Positions 36,995-50,298 of a stretch of DNA of 56,088 bases are shown in pieces; positions within the stretch are counted from its first letter, which is position 1, and each line of letters starts with the position of its first letter. The stretch comes from Atractiella rhizophila (taxonomy: Eukaryota). Where the stretch lies: contig MU271368.1 of the NCBI GenBank assembly GCA_021432655.1, positions 24,929 through 81,016 of the forward strand, in the 5' to 3' direction. The notes beneath the pieces are model-generated. The model was not told the origin of the DNA, did no database searches, and saw nothing but the letters and a program-made list of their open reading frames with translations. Made by a program: the position numbers and the translations under genes.

Positions 36995-39240
36995 TTATTG
37001 AGATTGCCAAGATTTGAGATCCAAGGAGGGGGTTAGATACCTTAAGAGGAAACTTCGATTAGAGTGGGGAGTGTGGAGGCAAGCTTGGCAATGAGCTTTA
37101 TCACAGAGAGAACAGATGTAATCCTCCATGACAATGCTCTCCCTCACCTCCAAAGCGGCATCCATTTTTCCTGATTTGATAATATTGGCATATCGATTTA
37201 CGGTCTCCTTGAGAGACGAGTTTACCAGCGACTTGTGATGGATGCTGCAAATCTTTGGAAACATTGACATCTTCAATTTTGAGGGGAATGCACCGGTCGA
37301 TGCTGTGGCCAAGGCGGTTGCATCTGTAACAGTGGATGGGTTGTTGAAAGAATGATGTGGAGCGTTGTGAGGGGCTAGTGCCCAGGGTTTGCGCACGAAA
37401 GGGCTGTCGAAAAGGCTGAGATGGAAGGGTATTCGAAGTCCCAAGAGAAAACGAAGTGTTACCAAATGGTGAGGAAGATTTAAGCTGAATGAGGTCGGAA
37501 ACTTCCATCCGAGCTTCATTGAACATGATCTCCCAGTTATCTTCTGAACCAAAGTGGGCTCGGTGACATTGCTCAATGAATTTTCCGAACATGTCGTTCA
37601 ACTTTAAGAAGAATTAGCCATTGCCCCCTAGCTCAGGGCAAGTCATGCGCGAACAGTTATACTTTGCATGCATCCAATGTTGAAGGTGTTGTATTTGAGC
37701 AAGCACACCATTAGGTTTTATTCCCTGGACCATTTCTAGTTGCTCACCCTCAAGGAGGATGCGGCAGTACACTTCAATCCAAAGTCCCAATCTGCTTTCG
37801 ATGTGAGAAGGGTATCGGCCACATACTTGTGGACGATGGAAAGTCCCTGTTGGCGAAATGCTGTGTCACGTACTGCTGGATTCTCAGAATTGAGGCTCCC
37901 TTTTGACTCATTGAACTCCACTTCCACCTTATGCTTGGTGGATTCTGCGAAAATATTGAGCGGAACGTAAGCATAAGGATGATGTTGAATCCATTCTTCG
38001 ATACGAGGAGCAACAGACTGGAAGAGTGAGTATGAGTAAACATTCTGGAGAAGTGAATTCTGGAAGTAAACATATGAATGAATTAGAGGAGAAGTGCATT
38101 GGGATATGGAACATTTCTCTCATTTGAGATGTATACTTGGAGAAGGAGAGATAAGTATGGGAGATGTGAATTTGGTTGTGAAAAGAGCAACTGTGATGAG
38201 AGAGGGAGAAGTCAATACGAAGAGCACAACCTTGCATAAGGGATTGATGAATTAGGAGAGATGTCTCCGAAATAAGAATCGGAGAACTAGATGGAATAAA
38301 GACTAACCACGAGGAAGAAGGAAGGATTCATATTAGGGTCAATGTCTAATGTCTGGTACTGTTTTGATGACCAGGCATCCTTCACCAGGTCCTTCCTAGA
38401 CTTTGTAGTATCCCCAATACGTTGAGTGCCAATGGTGCTTGTATTTTCAATAGGGCTGCTGATCCTACGGCACTTGCACTCATCAATGGAGGGCAAGTCA
38501 TCCAGGTCAAAAAGAACACATTTTTTCTGAATAGGAATGGAATTGGAACCAGATGCAATAGGAGGAGCTGGGTGGGCAGAAATCGAGGGAAGCAAAGAAG
38601 CGGCAGAAGATGTGACTTGAAGATGACCAGAAGAGGAGGAAATTGGTGGAGAACTTGAAGTTCAGATTCTAGGGATGCAATCCTTGTGAGTACAGCTTCA
38701 AGAGAAGTATCCTTCTCCTTAGCTGCAGATGCTGCTTTTGCAATCTCAATCTCACACTTTTCAATATGGGAAACATAATCCCATGTGAGAATGAGACATG
38801 AGAAGTAGCGATCTTGCAGGAGTACGATAAGATCAAGTGTCTTTGAGGGTGGGGGACCATTAAATTGACGGATCCAGTGCTCTCAATCTTTGCTGGAATC
38901 AATGAATTCGGAGGCAAAAATTTATGAGTGTTAGTGAGGTTCCCTGGATCCTCCAAGCGTGGTAAGCCCAAGATCATTGGTAAATCCGGATGAGAAGCGA
39001 AGTATGATTTGACAAAATTGCCAATGCTTTTCTGACCCATCGGAGGTGAGGCACCATTGAGAACCTCCAGGTCTGGGGAAACTTCCCTGCTCAGTTGCAC
39101 TTTGCTTTTGCTTTTATTTCTAGGTGGTATCAAAGGATCAGTATCGGCATCAGAGGAAGGGTCCTCTGGGCAAGGTGCATTTTGGACTGGATTGTAGGCA
39201 GAGTCTGTCAGGATTTGTACTGGCCTCATGCTCAGCATCC
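36995..39240 (-). mobile_element. Decayed gag-like ORF (zinc knuckle plus Cys/His cluster), possibly from a DIRS/Ngaro-type retroelement
   Basis: CYRCNRLGHSIDRC (CX2CX4HX4C) followed by CQYY..GC..C..H.CSLCDKAHCQAC split by a frameshift. Pro/Ser-rich N-terminus, many stops. No RT seen. Confidence 0.5.
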
Positions 39241-39939
39241 TTCAAGCTCCTTCTTGTACCTAATAAGACTACTGTAATACGGGTTAGAAGTATTGATAAT
39301 GTGCAATGTTTACGTTGAAGTACTTATCTGATTCCGTGTTCAATTTCCAATCTGTCTCAGTCATTTCTCCCTCGCACACAACCACCATCTGTCTTTTACT
39401 CGTAGCGTCTTTTTAATCGTTACGCATTGTTGTAGTGTGCGAGGTGAGTAGCCCTTTACTTTCTTATATCTTACTTATGCCAATGGGCACTCTTCAGGTC
39501 CCTTACTATTCCCCCTTGCGAGAGCCCCTGTTATCGTATAAGAGCACCCGGACTAGAAGGTAGGCTTAGGCCTTCTTAGTCCACATTCTTGTCGCTTATT
39601 TCTGTCACAGAGATACTGCTACTTGACTCTGTTCGCACCCGTTAGACGTGCGACTAGTTTGGGTGTTTTTAGGTATGCTTCCTTAAGTCTTATGGTATTT
39701 CTATTATCTTATGCAACTATGTGTTTTTTAGCCTTATCAATTCACAGTCCGCTTGCCCCCTTATCGGCTCACCCCCCGTTTGGATCCGTGCCAGTATAAC
39801 TACGCAAATAATTATCTCCTTCCACTAATTAGATCTATGTGGTGCTTCCAGGTGAGCACGTGCCTTGACCTTTACAAGTGATCGAATGTGCCCAATTTGC
39901 ATGTCCCCCTGGCCCTCATCAAAAGCCCCTTGCGTTCAA

Positions 39940-40054
39940 AACAGATTGCTGTTCTCGAAAGCACTGGGCGACACTGGCCTCTGCACTTTTTCGGCACCAA
40001 CTACACTGCCCATTCACTACTTGAGCACTGAGCTGGCCCTGCAAGTTTCCAGGG
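39940..40054. repeat. Orphan CACTA-type terminus (GCACT repeats ending CCCTGCAAGTTTCCAGGG)
   Basis: Direct-orientation relative of 52212-52242. Confidence 0.5.
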
Positions 40055-43000
40055 TATGATAGTTGGAGATGTGTAAAATGTTAGTAATACTTTCTTCATG
40101 AACATTCTGGAAGTTTCTATTTGCCACAAGCTGTCATGTATACAAAGACATGTTCTTGTGTTTCTGCTGCTCATGCGTTTACAACAGCTCAGCCAAACGT
40201 AATACATTTGTTTGAGGTTAACAAAGCAGCAGACAAAACAACAGTGATGAAAGTAGGATGTGTGAGCTGGATCCCAGTGAAATGTAAGATGGTGGAAAAA
40301 CCGCTCATGGAATGCAATGGAAAGACATACCTGGATCCCAGCGAAATGTGAGAGTGTGGCTTCTGTGAAGTGAGAAACGAACGACGAGATAGTCCAGTCT
40401 TTGAATGAGTGTGAACGTTATGTCGCTTGAATGAATGAATGACAATCACCTCACCCACCTCAACTCCTTGCTAGAATCGCAGCTCCAACCTGCTCACTAG
40501 TTTCACTCCGTCAAATCAATAATGGCACAAAATTACTTCAGTTCTGGCCTGGTAAAGGAGGTATTCTCCAACTTAGGGTCCTAGAGGTTATGCTGGACTG
40601 TCCTGAAAATTTGCCGCTCTTTGACAGGGCATGTTCAGCGCTCCATGCAGATGTTAAATTAGAGGGGTTCTTTTCTACCCACAAGTTTTTCCTAGCCTTG
40701 ATACCTGGGTTCCTGATTCTACCATTCCTGTGCCTGGGCCACCATTGCCCCCCCAATCGTTCCCCACACACCTCACTGTCTGCATATTCCTCACAGACCT
40801 AGACAACAACCACTCCTTCTGGGAATCTCTGATAGACTGTATCTAATATAATGTGTAGAAATGCAGATTAGCAAATTGTAAATGAAAAAATGAAGTAGAT
40901 TAGTTTACGCAAGTATAATACTGCTTACAGTCAAGAAATCCAGGTGAAGTGAAGAAGTGAGCAAACAGAGAGGCTAAACTGAGTCCGGAAGATCCATCTC
41001 GTCACTCTGACCTGCATCTCCTTCAAGAAGAGCCTTATCTGTCTCTGGCTCAAGGACTGGGTTGATAAGTGGATCGGAGTGGTGACGGTGAAGGATCCAA
41101 ACGAACCTTCTTCCCTCGTCATCTTCTGCTTGAAAGATCCCGATCAAACGCATGACTTGATCAAGAGGCACAAGGCGGAATTCATCGCTCCACTGGCAGA
41201 GGATTTCGCTTTCAAAGAGGTTGCCTCGTTTTCTGAAAAGCTGAGTAACGGCAAAGAGCTTGTCGGCAGCTGGGCTTGCTTCGGGGTCGAAGAAAGTCTC
41301 TGGGACTCGAAGATAGACAACTGCCTCACCATAGAAGGTCTCTCCAGTGTTGTCAATGCCCTGTTTCTCTCATTAGAAGAGATAGTAAGACAGATTGACC
41401 AACAACGTACCTCATATCTGCACGTCTTGCGTGCTTCGAACTTCCATGACCTTTCCAGCTTCTGTGAACAAATAACATCCCCATTAGCCAAAGCACACCG
41501 GCCCAGTGTTCCCACTTTGCCACAATCTTCTCCAGGTCCAGCCCATCAAGGTTCTTTCCGCGAGAGTTGCAATAGGTTCGAATCAAAGCAAGCTCCTCCA
41601 TCCATTCGGTGCTGTATTTGGTGCCTTGCAGCTTTTGCCAGCTTCGTGAGAGGAATTGATGCCCAGCGAGGCGAGTAAACTGAGTTACCTGAGTGGATGG
41701 AAGAAAAGTGCTGAAATCGAGAACCTGCCATCTCGTAAATCGAATTTCAGACTGGATACAGAATATCAACAATATTCATCTGCTCCTGCAAGAGAGCTTG
41801 GTTCAGCAGGTTCTCCTGGTACCTGATGTCCTGATTAATTCGTTTCTTAAGAAATCCAATCATTCCCTCCATCAGGAACTGTGAGTAGAGAATCCCTGGT
41901 CCACACCAGAGGATCCAGTCAGCGATGTGCAAGAGATGGTGGATGGACATGGGCATACGTGCGATCTCCATGAACGTACACCTTCTCCCAATTTATGACA
42001 AACCTTGCAAAAAAGCTCGCGGATTCTGAGCCTTTCCTGCTCGCTAATCTCATGCTGCCATGCAAGCCTGCAGCCACAAACGAAAGAATCGAGAACATGT
42101 AAGATGTTGAGTGGAAAACCAAGAAGGAGAAGACAGGGTATTAGCAATCAGTCATAAACATCCCACCACTCATGCATTTTGTATTGGGTGTTCGGAATCA
42201 ATGTGTGTTCCGAGGAGCCGCTTGAGAGAAGGCATAGGGAATATCGCCCTTGGAGCGCTCAACCATGTGGCCAAACTCCTCCCGTACTTGCTGTGTTGGG
42301 TGCCAGGGCTCAGGAAGAGACTCTTACTCGTTAATAGCGTGGAAAATAAGTTCGGCATCATTCTTCCAGTGGAGATGGGCAAGGTCTCCTGCAAAAAATG
42401 TCCAAGGATCACGAAATATCTTGAATCCGGAGTGATGGAGATGACACCACTATCGCGCACGTCCTCTGCTCGTGCTTTTTGTGTGGTTGCTAGTGCAAGA
42501 TTTTTCGCTGCTTGTGTGTACTCGGTCGTGGTGCGATTCGGAAGATTGAGAGGGTCATAAGCAGCTGGGCGATACGAAGGGAGAGTGCCGTCATCCTGTG
42601 GGATCGATATACACGGGTAATAGTAGTGGTGACCCAGGATCTGACCGATAAGCTTGCAAAGCGGCAGCTGCACTTTCCTTGATGGCCAGTCCAGCCATTT
42701 GCCTTCACAGAACCGAGCATGTCACCTACATTAAATATTCAGTACAATATCCAGTAATTGCAAAGAGACCTTTACCCAGCTTGTTGATAAGCCATCCCTT
42801 CTAAACAAACCACTTCCGAGAAGCTGCATCCCACATCCACAATCCTCCACTCAGCTTCGCCATCGCTTGGTAGAAGGGGAGGAAGAAAGATTGAATGTTG
42901 ACTAGATTGTTGGGACCAGGTACGCCAAGTGTAAAGATGGTGTGACGGCGCTTTGCTCTGATAAGTGGGGCGAAGCTGAGGAACGGGAGGGCGACGAACC

Positions 43001-43746
43001 ACATGTTGGAGTCACGGGTGGCATGAATAGCTGCACCATCTGTAGACACAATGAAGACAGATTCACGTTCATCCTCCATAAAGCCAATGTTGTCCTGAGT
43101 GAGTGCTTGAACCGCCGTACTATGATGGAAGTCGTTGTATCTGTAGCCGCTCTTCAGCTTGTCGATCAGGTACTCTGTTTTTTGCCAAAGCCTCCTTCAG
43201 CTTCCTCCCAAAGTATCCCATTATCTCAGCAGTCTGTGGTGCCCGGAACAATGCTTTGATTCGATGGAGGGGCTGCAGAAGAGAGAAGAGAAACCTCTTC
43301 TCAGTCTTCCTTTTATCTGGCGTCACGTGTCCTGGGATTGCAGAGCGCCCAAACGAAATCGCATAGCGTGGTCTATCGCACGCAGGGTACAATCTGTCCA
43401 TTGATCATGCGAGAGTGCGGGCATCTGCAGCAGTTTGTGAGTTTATCAAGTCCATTCATTCTACAAAGAGATGAGTCTTACCGCTCTAGCCCCTCGTACT
43501 TCCCAAGATAGGAGCTGCAAGAAGCTCCACGCATTGGCAACCACTCTCCTTTCAACCCATTCAGTTCAGCGACAATCTTCTTTGCTTCTGGCAGGGTATG
43601 TATTTCATGGTGACCCTGATAGCTTGCTTCCTTGTCGTTGTTTCGATGCCAGACTTGGAACTCATCCAATGTAAGCTGCTGTTTGTCGTCAAGCTCAGGG
43701 ATGTTGTCCTGATAAGTTGGAGGAAGAGCAGGAAGGTGATCAGAGC

Positions 43747-46700
43747 TAGGGATGGCTATCGGATCGTAATTTTCTGCCGTACATGAACGATACGTGTTTC
43801 CGTACCCGACCGTCCAACTCTTCCACCATACTAGCACCGATACGATACGATACGATACGTCTGCCTTCCCGTGCCGTCCGGCTTGGATTGCCTTGACACG
43901 GCGGAATCCGTGATGGAGTCTGGTTCTACAGCCATGAGTTTGTATTTCGTATTCCCTGTTCACTTGTGTCGAAACGACATCTCAAATTATTCTGCAAGGG
44001 GCACGAGCCATACTCGAAACTGCACCTGAAACCTTCTCGAAGGCCTTCATGCTTCACTCTCCTTCGTCGATCTGACACCACGACCCAGTCTATAAAATGT
44101 GCCTTCCTTTCAGCTCGGATCAGACAAGTTCTTCGGACTTTCCCTTTCGCTTTCGCATAGCAATCATGGTTCCTCAGGAAGACCGGCAGAAGAGACCTCA
44201 AAGGCAACATAAGCTGAGGGAAATTGTTAAATGGAATAATGAGGATGGAACTGCTTTGAGTGAGATGCAGAGGAAGCGAGGGTTGGAAGTGGAGTGAGTT
44301 CTTATAAAGTCTGTCCATGGGTGACTGACTGGTGTCAAGGTTGACAGGCATCTGTGGCTATGCTTGTCTCAAGACTCTTATCACTGCAAGTGGGAGCATG
44401 CCCTGCATTGCTAATGCGGTACGTTCTCACACTTTATGTGGAGAACAGTGTAACATGCAAGGGATAGCAACAGTCAGCTCTTTACCATCAAGCGACATCT
44501 CTTCTTGCTCAAGTGGAATCTCAATCTGAAGACAATGACAACCCGTTCCATGCTGCTCTCTTCGGATGGCACGCTTCATCTGTCAACGATGTTGGTTATC
44601 AAGATGGTCTGAAAGCGTTTGCTACTCTGTGGAAGGAGCTTCAAACGTCCCCCTCTTCGGTTCCTGAAGTCATTCTTCGTGCTTGTAAAGCATATCTATG
44701 TGCAGCCACAGAGCACATCCACGCTATTCTTCTGCCTGAAGGTCTCATTAATCCGATAGGACCAGATGGAGCTTTCACAGTCAATGAGAAGGATCAGCAC
44801 CAAGAGGAGGAGGAGGATGCAAAGTTGGAGCCTGACCCCATTGATATCGAGGCAGCTGAGATTGCAGAGATATTACCATTGAAAATTGATGGCTCAAAGA
44901 AGGACAACAAGCGGAGAAAGGTGTGCTCTACATGATGTGCCTGTGAAACGTCTGACGATAGCTAAATTGTGGACAGCTTCATTCTGATGGCTCCATTGTT
45001 GCAAAGTCAACTTTCCGGGGCACTAACCAAACGGCAACTGAAGACATTGTATGTACGCTACATTGCTGTCAAAATGCTGATTGGTGGAAGCACAGGGTTT
45101 AGCAGTCACCTACAGTCACCGCCGTGCAGTTGTCTATTACTTCTACCATTCCTTAAAATGGGAGGATGTTCCTGGATATCTCAAACCGAAGCATAAAGAA
45201 GGCGATAAGTACTTTAAGTGCAATCATTGCCCTAGAGTCGTTCGCCCTTCAGCTGCCAGCAATGGCAATACAAGGACTCTCCATAATCACTTGGAAAATC
45301 ATGGGCGCTCAATCACGTCATTCTTCAGCTTTTTGAAGGAAAAGCAGGACAAGGAGATGGCGATCACGGAGGAGGAAATGCAGAAGGCAGCAGGCATAAT
45401 ACCAGTTCGTCCCTTTGCGTTGCAGAGTCATTCATTTAGAGTTCTCATGTACATCGGAAATTCCATCTAGGTTGATTCGAAAGATGGATCCAGAGCTGCA
45501 AGAAAGGGCCAAGGAATCGACGACATCCTGTGACAAGTAGCAAAGAAGTATGGCTCACAGGTTTGTGGCTCTTTCAGAAATCAGTAGGTGCTGACCATAT
45601 GATACATAGGGTTTTAATTCTACTATCTTCAAGGACCTCCTTACTCACTTTGTTGTCGAAGAAGACCTTCCATTCAGCATTGTAAAAAGACCATCCTTTC
45701 AGGAACTTGTAATATATCTTCAGTGGGCACTACCGTCTGCCTCTAAGATTGAAATTTCTGATACTGAAAATGAAGGACTCCGCTTTTTGGAAGAAGAGAA
45801 TAGTGACAAGAAGTTTGAAATACCAAGCCGAAAGGTTCTGAAGGAGCGTATATGTAAGGTTGCTTTGAAAACTACAGAAGAAATGGCTAGATATCTAAAA
45901 GGTGCATACTTGGACGCTTTTGTAACAGCCTACTGAAGCATGAGGAAAGGCTACTGGAACCAAGATCCATCTCTCACTTAATAACTGGACTTCAGAAAAT
46001 CACTATGCATTCCTCTGTGTTAATGCACACTTCATTGATAGCAAGTGGGACTTGAATGAGGTATGTGTCGGGTTTGAAGAACTCATTGGCCCACATACAG
46101 GGGAGAACATGGCGGATGTCATTATGAAAATAGTTGATAAGTATGGAGTGGCTGATCAAGTATCTGCTTTAATTATATTTCATGCATATTCGTTAACGGT
46201 TGTCCAGATTTGATGCTTTGTCACTGATGGAGCTTCAAACAATCGAACAATGCTGACCGGGATTGAGCAACGAATGAAGAAGCGAGGCATCGACTTTGAT
46301 GCTTCTGAGCACCACATTCTTTGTATGCCCCATATCGTTCACCTTGCAGTTCTCGCCCTCCTAGACTTTCTCAATGTATGGCCAAATCTCGGTCAGCTAC
46401 GAAGGCGAAAGAGAGGACGGATACGATGAGTGGGCATCCGACAGAAGTTACATCACTTTCACGGGACGTCAACTATCAGGAGTGTGTCACGGAGAACCCA
46501 GCAAATGAACAGATGGATGCAGGGAAACTAGGCGAGGAAGAGCTGAACGGAATGGAGACAGATTTCGAGCAGATTAGAGGAGCAATCCCCAAGGTATATC
46601 TTATGCTCTATCATTCCTTATCATTAATCAGAGGAGCAGGTGCGAGCAATCATTAAGCATATACATGGGTCTCCTCAGCGCCAGCAGAGCTGGTTCGATC

Positions 46701-48096
46701 TTTTGGAAGATGCTCTCAAGCAATTTGAAAGCATAGCCGAAAAATCCCTTCGTATGTTGATCCTTGACGTGCAAACACGCTGGGGATCAACACATGACAT
46801 GCTTGACCTTGGAATTCGCTATAAGGATGTCATTGAAGCTTATCTGGATCGTCATGAGCTTCCAAGTTCACTGCACCTCAGCGAAAAAGAGTGGAATTCG
46901 ATTGAACAGGTTTGTTATCTCTTAGAGCTATACTATTACTGAATAGCTGGGTTCAGGTCTGCAGATGGCTTGCAGTTTTTCAACAGGCAACCTATGACAT
47001 GTCAATGACCAAGTCCTCCTGCCTCTCACAAACTCTTGGCGTCTACCATTCTCTCCTAGGACACCTGAAGACCGAAATCTCAAGTCTTACGGACAAGACA
47101 GTTCAGAAAGAGTACTAGCAAGCTTTGCTTGACTGTTACTATAAGCTTAGTGAGTATCACTACCGCTCTGATCTTTCACTTTATTACATCTATGCTATCA
47201 GTATGTCATTTTTGTTCTGCCCTTGCTCTGCAATGAGTCTGACTTTGGAACAGTTTGCGACCCTCGTCATGGTGTCACTTTCCTTGACTCTTCAGTCTTT
47301 GATAGTGAACGTCATGAGGTCTTGCAGCACAAGGAGAATTTCATCACTCTTTTCAGATATCACTACTATAAGACACCTGTCAATCCTCCTGAACCAACTT
47401 CTCCCCGCTCAAAATCCTCCAGACAATCCACGAAGGCAAAGCCGAATTTAACAGCTGCTTTCCTTGCTTCCCTTCAGCACGGGTTTACTCCTGGAGCTAG
47501 CGAGGATCCTGTCATAAAAGAGATTAACCATTTATTTAGACATAGTGTGTTACCTTGGGATTCTGATCCATTGGCTTTCTGGAAATATGAATCAACTCAC
47601 AATCTCCCGAACCTTTCATGGTTGGCTCGGGACATTTTGTCAATTCCCGGTGAGCTTTCTTTCTCTTTTGTTATCCTTTATAATAATAGAGCTGGCAGGT
47701 TGTGCTGTTGGAGTTGAGCGCATCTTCTCAGGTACACGCGATACTCTAGGTATTCGTCGCAGTCGCTTGGATGCCAAAACCATTCGTGATCTCATTCTTC
47801 TCAAGACCGCACTCTGGATGCAGAGGGGAGCTCACCTTAGGGATCTTCACAGGCAATTGAAAGCGTTGGAAGGGGATGTTTTGAAGGCAGCCAAATAGAG
47901 TAGCAGGAGAAAAATGAGATACAATGCAAAACACTTGGGACATAACCCATATTACGGACGGATGACGCGGTCTGCAGTCGGACTGGCCCGTTTTTGATAA
48001 ATTGAGTGACACTCCGACACGGTACGAGGATGGCTTAATGCTCGTACCGCTCGGAATAGTGAAATCCGTTACGATACGAGCCAATAGCCATCCCTA
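43747..48096 (+). mobile_element. hAT (Ac-like) DNA transposon, 4350 bp
   Basis: TIR TAGGGATGGCTAT (13 bp perfect). 8-bp TSD ATCAGAGC at 43739-43746 and 48097-48104. Subterminal (CGATA)4 at 43838-43857. Confidence 0.95.
44167..47898 (+). pseudogene. hAT transposase (BED finger, DDE core, dimerisation domain), inactivated
   Basis: CNHC..LHNHLENH; EEDLPFSIV; LNNWTS; TDGASNN; CMPH; DVQTRWGST; WLARDILSIPG|CAVGVERIFS. Stops at 46211-13 and 47116-18. Start approximate. Confidence 0.88.
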
Positions 48097-49105
48097 ATCA
48101 GAGCCGTCATCGAAGAGTGGCATAAGGATATCGTGGACCTCGCTGCAATCCAAGGTTCAAGCATTAGCACATTCTTTTTTACTTAGAATATTAGTACTTA
48201 CGACAATGGTAGAGCATGTGTGAGCGCCGCAGCTCCAGCAGGCCGAGCGGCATTGTCAGGATTCGGATTGTAGTATGCCTCCTCATCGTCTCAGGGGCAG
48301 ACCCAGCAAGCCTCACGTCCTCTTCCCTCAGCTCCCCCAACAAATCTCCTCCATCCCCTATTTGTACATCACTTTCATCTTGAAGATCGGGTCCTCCATC
48401 CACCATCTCTCTGTCGCTTTCATCCTCACGTTGAAGATTTGATCCCTGATCAAGATCAAGATCAGACAGATTGGGCTGCGCCATGTTGAGGCGATAAGAC
48501 TGAAGATCAGAGGCTGGGTGCGTGGAATTTCGTTGCTGGAGCTTGAGCTGGACCTTGGAGGCATAGGGGATGCTCCATGGATGTATCAGGTGGAGGTTGG
48601 TGTTCAGGTTCTTCAAATAGACGCCTGAAGACGCGATGGTGTCAACGTGTAGAGCTGCAGGTGTTTCGACATGCATCTTGTCGTCCTCTTCTTTCTTTTT
48701 CCTGGCTCAAGCTCTGGTGGGAGGATATGGTGATGAAGAATCCCTTGTAGGCCGTATGGTGTTCGAAGACGATGGTAAGGCGAGATGGAGTTGGAAGAAG
48801 TGGAACTCATTAAAAGAGGGGTTAGGATGATGTTCACAATGAATATTATTATGATCATCACAGCATATCTAAGGGCTCAGATAAGGTGAGACTCAGCTCT
48901 GACAATGCTTAAATCAGGAATTCTAATAAGGCTACCTGTTATTGTGCAGATGTGCATTAAGCATGCGTTAAGTTCAGACATTGCAATTCCGCCAGGGCAA
49001 GTGGACGACGACAAACGCTTTCCATACTCCACCTCTTTGCATTATCGGCTCACCTAACAACTATCAACATTCCCTCAATAACCTCCTGTTCGTACCTCAA
49101 TCGAG

Positions 49106-50020
49106 ATGTCACGAGAAGACGAGTCCTTTTCCGTTCATATCCAAATTACCACTCTCTGTGACCTCTTATTGAATCTTTATGTGCAGGAGCTTGAGTTGAA
49201 GGTGTTTGAGCTGGAGAGCTCTTTGGTGAGGGAACAGATGGATAAAGATAAGTGGAAGAAGTTCTACATGGAGAAGGATGAGGAGGTGGATCGTTTGAAG
49301 CTGGAGCTCGACAAGGCCAAGAAGTTGCTTCTACCTGCGAACTCGATGTCGAAACGTCACGCAGAAAGCAGGACGATGACGCCTTCCGAAGCTGGTGTTG
49401 ATTCTTCAGCAGACGATTGGATCAAGAAGCCTGTCAAACCATACCGGCCCATCATCAGCAAAGAAGATGTTGACGAACTTGGGATCTTTTGGGAACACAA
49501 GCAAGCTGCAGCCTGCACACGAACTGGTATTCAGAACAATCTCCTCAATCCGGTCCAGGTGCTGCACCAGCTTGTCTTTCACGAAACGGACAATACTGTT
49601 GTTGCAGCAACACAACTGTCAGTGAGAACCGCCGATGTCATACGAAATGATGCGACCTTCTACACGAAATCCTATCTGGACACTACAAAATTGATTAAGA
49701 ACCAGACTAGACTCTGCAGGACCACGTATCTCCCAAATATCCTCCGTAGGCTCAAGGCAGATTACAGCTCAGTTCCCTGCCTTGGGAAGACTGACTGGAT
49801 GGCACGTATCTTTGTAACATCTGTGCTATGGAATACCAGCGGAAGTTCATACAACAACGAAGATGAACAGGACTCTGGGCATGCCGAGGAAGGAGGCCGG
49901 ACTGTTATGAGAGGAGTGAAGAGGAAGCACGATGTGGACGGGTTTGTGGGTTCGAGGGAAAAGAGAAATAGAGTGCAGCTTTTCGAAGGAGATCAGGATA
50001 AGCGGCTCTCATTAATGTGA
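49106..50020 (+). CDS. Hypothetical coiled-coil protein, probable CACTA accessory gene
   Basis: 304-aa ORF divergent from Tnp2 with heptad-like ELELKVFELESSL..EVDRLKLELDKAK. True start may be spliced. Confidence 0.55.
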   Translation: MSREDESFSVHIQITTLCDLLLNLYVQELELKVFELESSLVREQMDKDKWKKFYMEKDEEVDRLKLELDKAKKLLLPANSMSKRHAESRTMTPSEAGVDSSADDWIKKPVKPYRPIISKEDVDELGIFWEHKQAAACTRTGIQNNLLNPVQVLHQLVFHETDNTVVAATQLSVRTADVIRNDATFYTKSYLDTTKLIKNQTRLCRTTYLPNILRRLKADYSSVPCLGKTDWMARIFVTSVLWNTSGSSYNNEDEQDSGHAEEGGRTVMRGVKRKHDVDGFVGSREKRNRVQLFEGDQDKRLSLM

Positions 50021-50298
50021 ACTTAGAAGGGATTGTACTGAACAACCCAGTGGAAGGTCTACGAGGACCAGAGAATTTGAAGATGCAGAGCAAGAAGAGA
50101 GTGAGAGCAGTCGTGCGCACACATCCTTTATGTGTCACAGACCCCATCGTGCTGATTCATTTGTTTTCTATCAGGCTGACTTGCCAACTGATCCACTCAG
50201 GGCAAACACGACTTGGACCAGTCAGGACGAGGTAGTTAAGAAAACCTACCCACCCAGCATTATTAAGGCAGCAATCAGTTTGTCCCCTTCTTTTGGCC

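Larger units (their letters stand above)
40974..48690 (-). pseudogene. CACTA/EnSpm Tnp2-family transposase, interrupted by a hAT element
   Basis: STDG..SNMW, PGPNNLVNIQSFFLPF..GLWMWD, GDMLG..GWTGHQGKCSCRF, HHLLHIADWILWCGPG..F.MEG, RCALANGDVICS. Stops and frameshifts present. Frame PLFDDGSD|HLPALPP is restored on removing the hAT. 5' end approximate. Confidence 0.85.
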
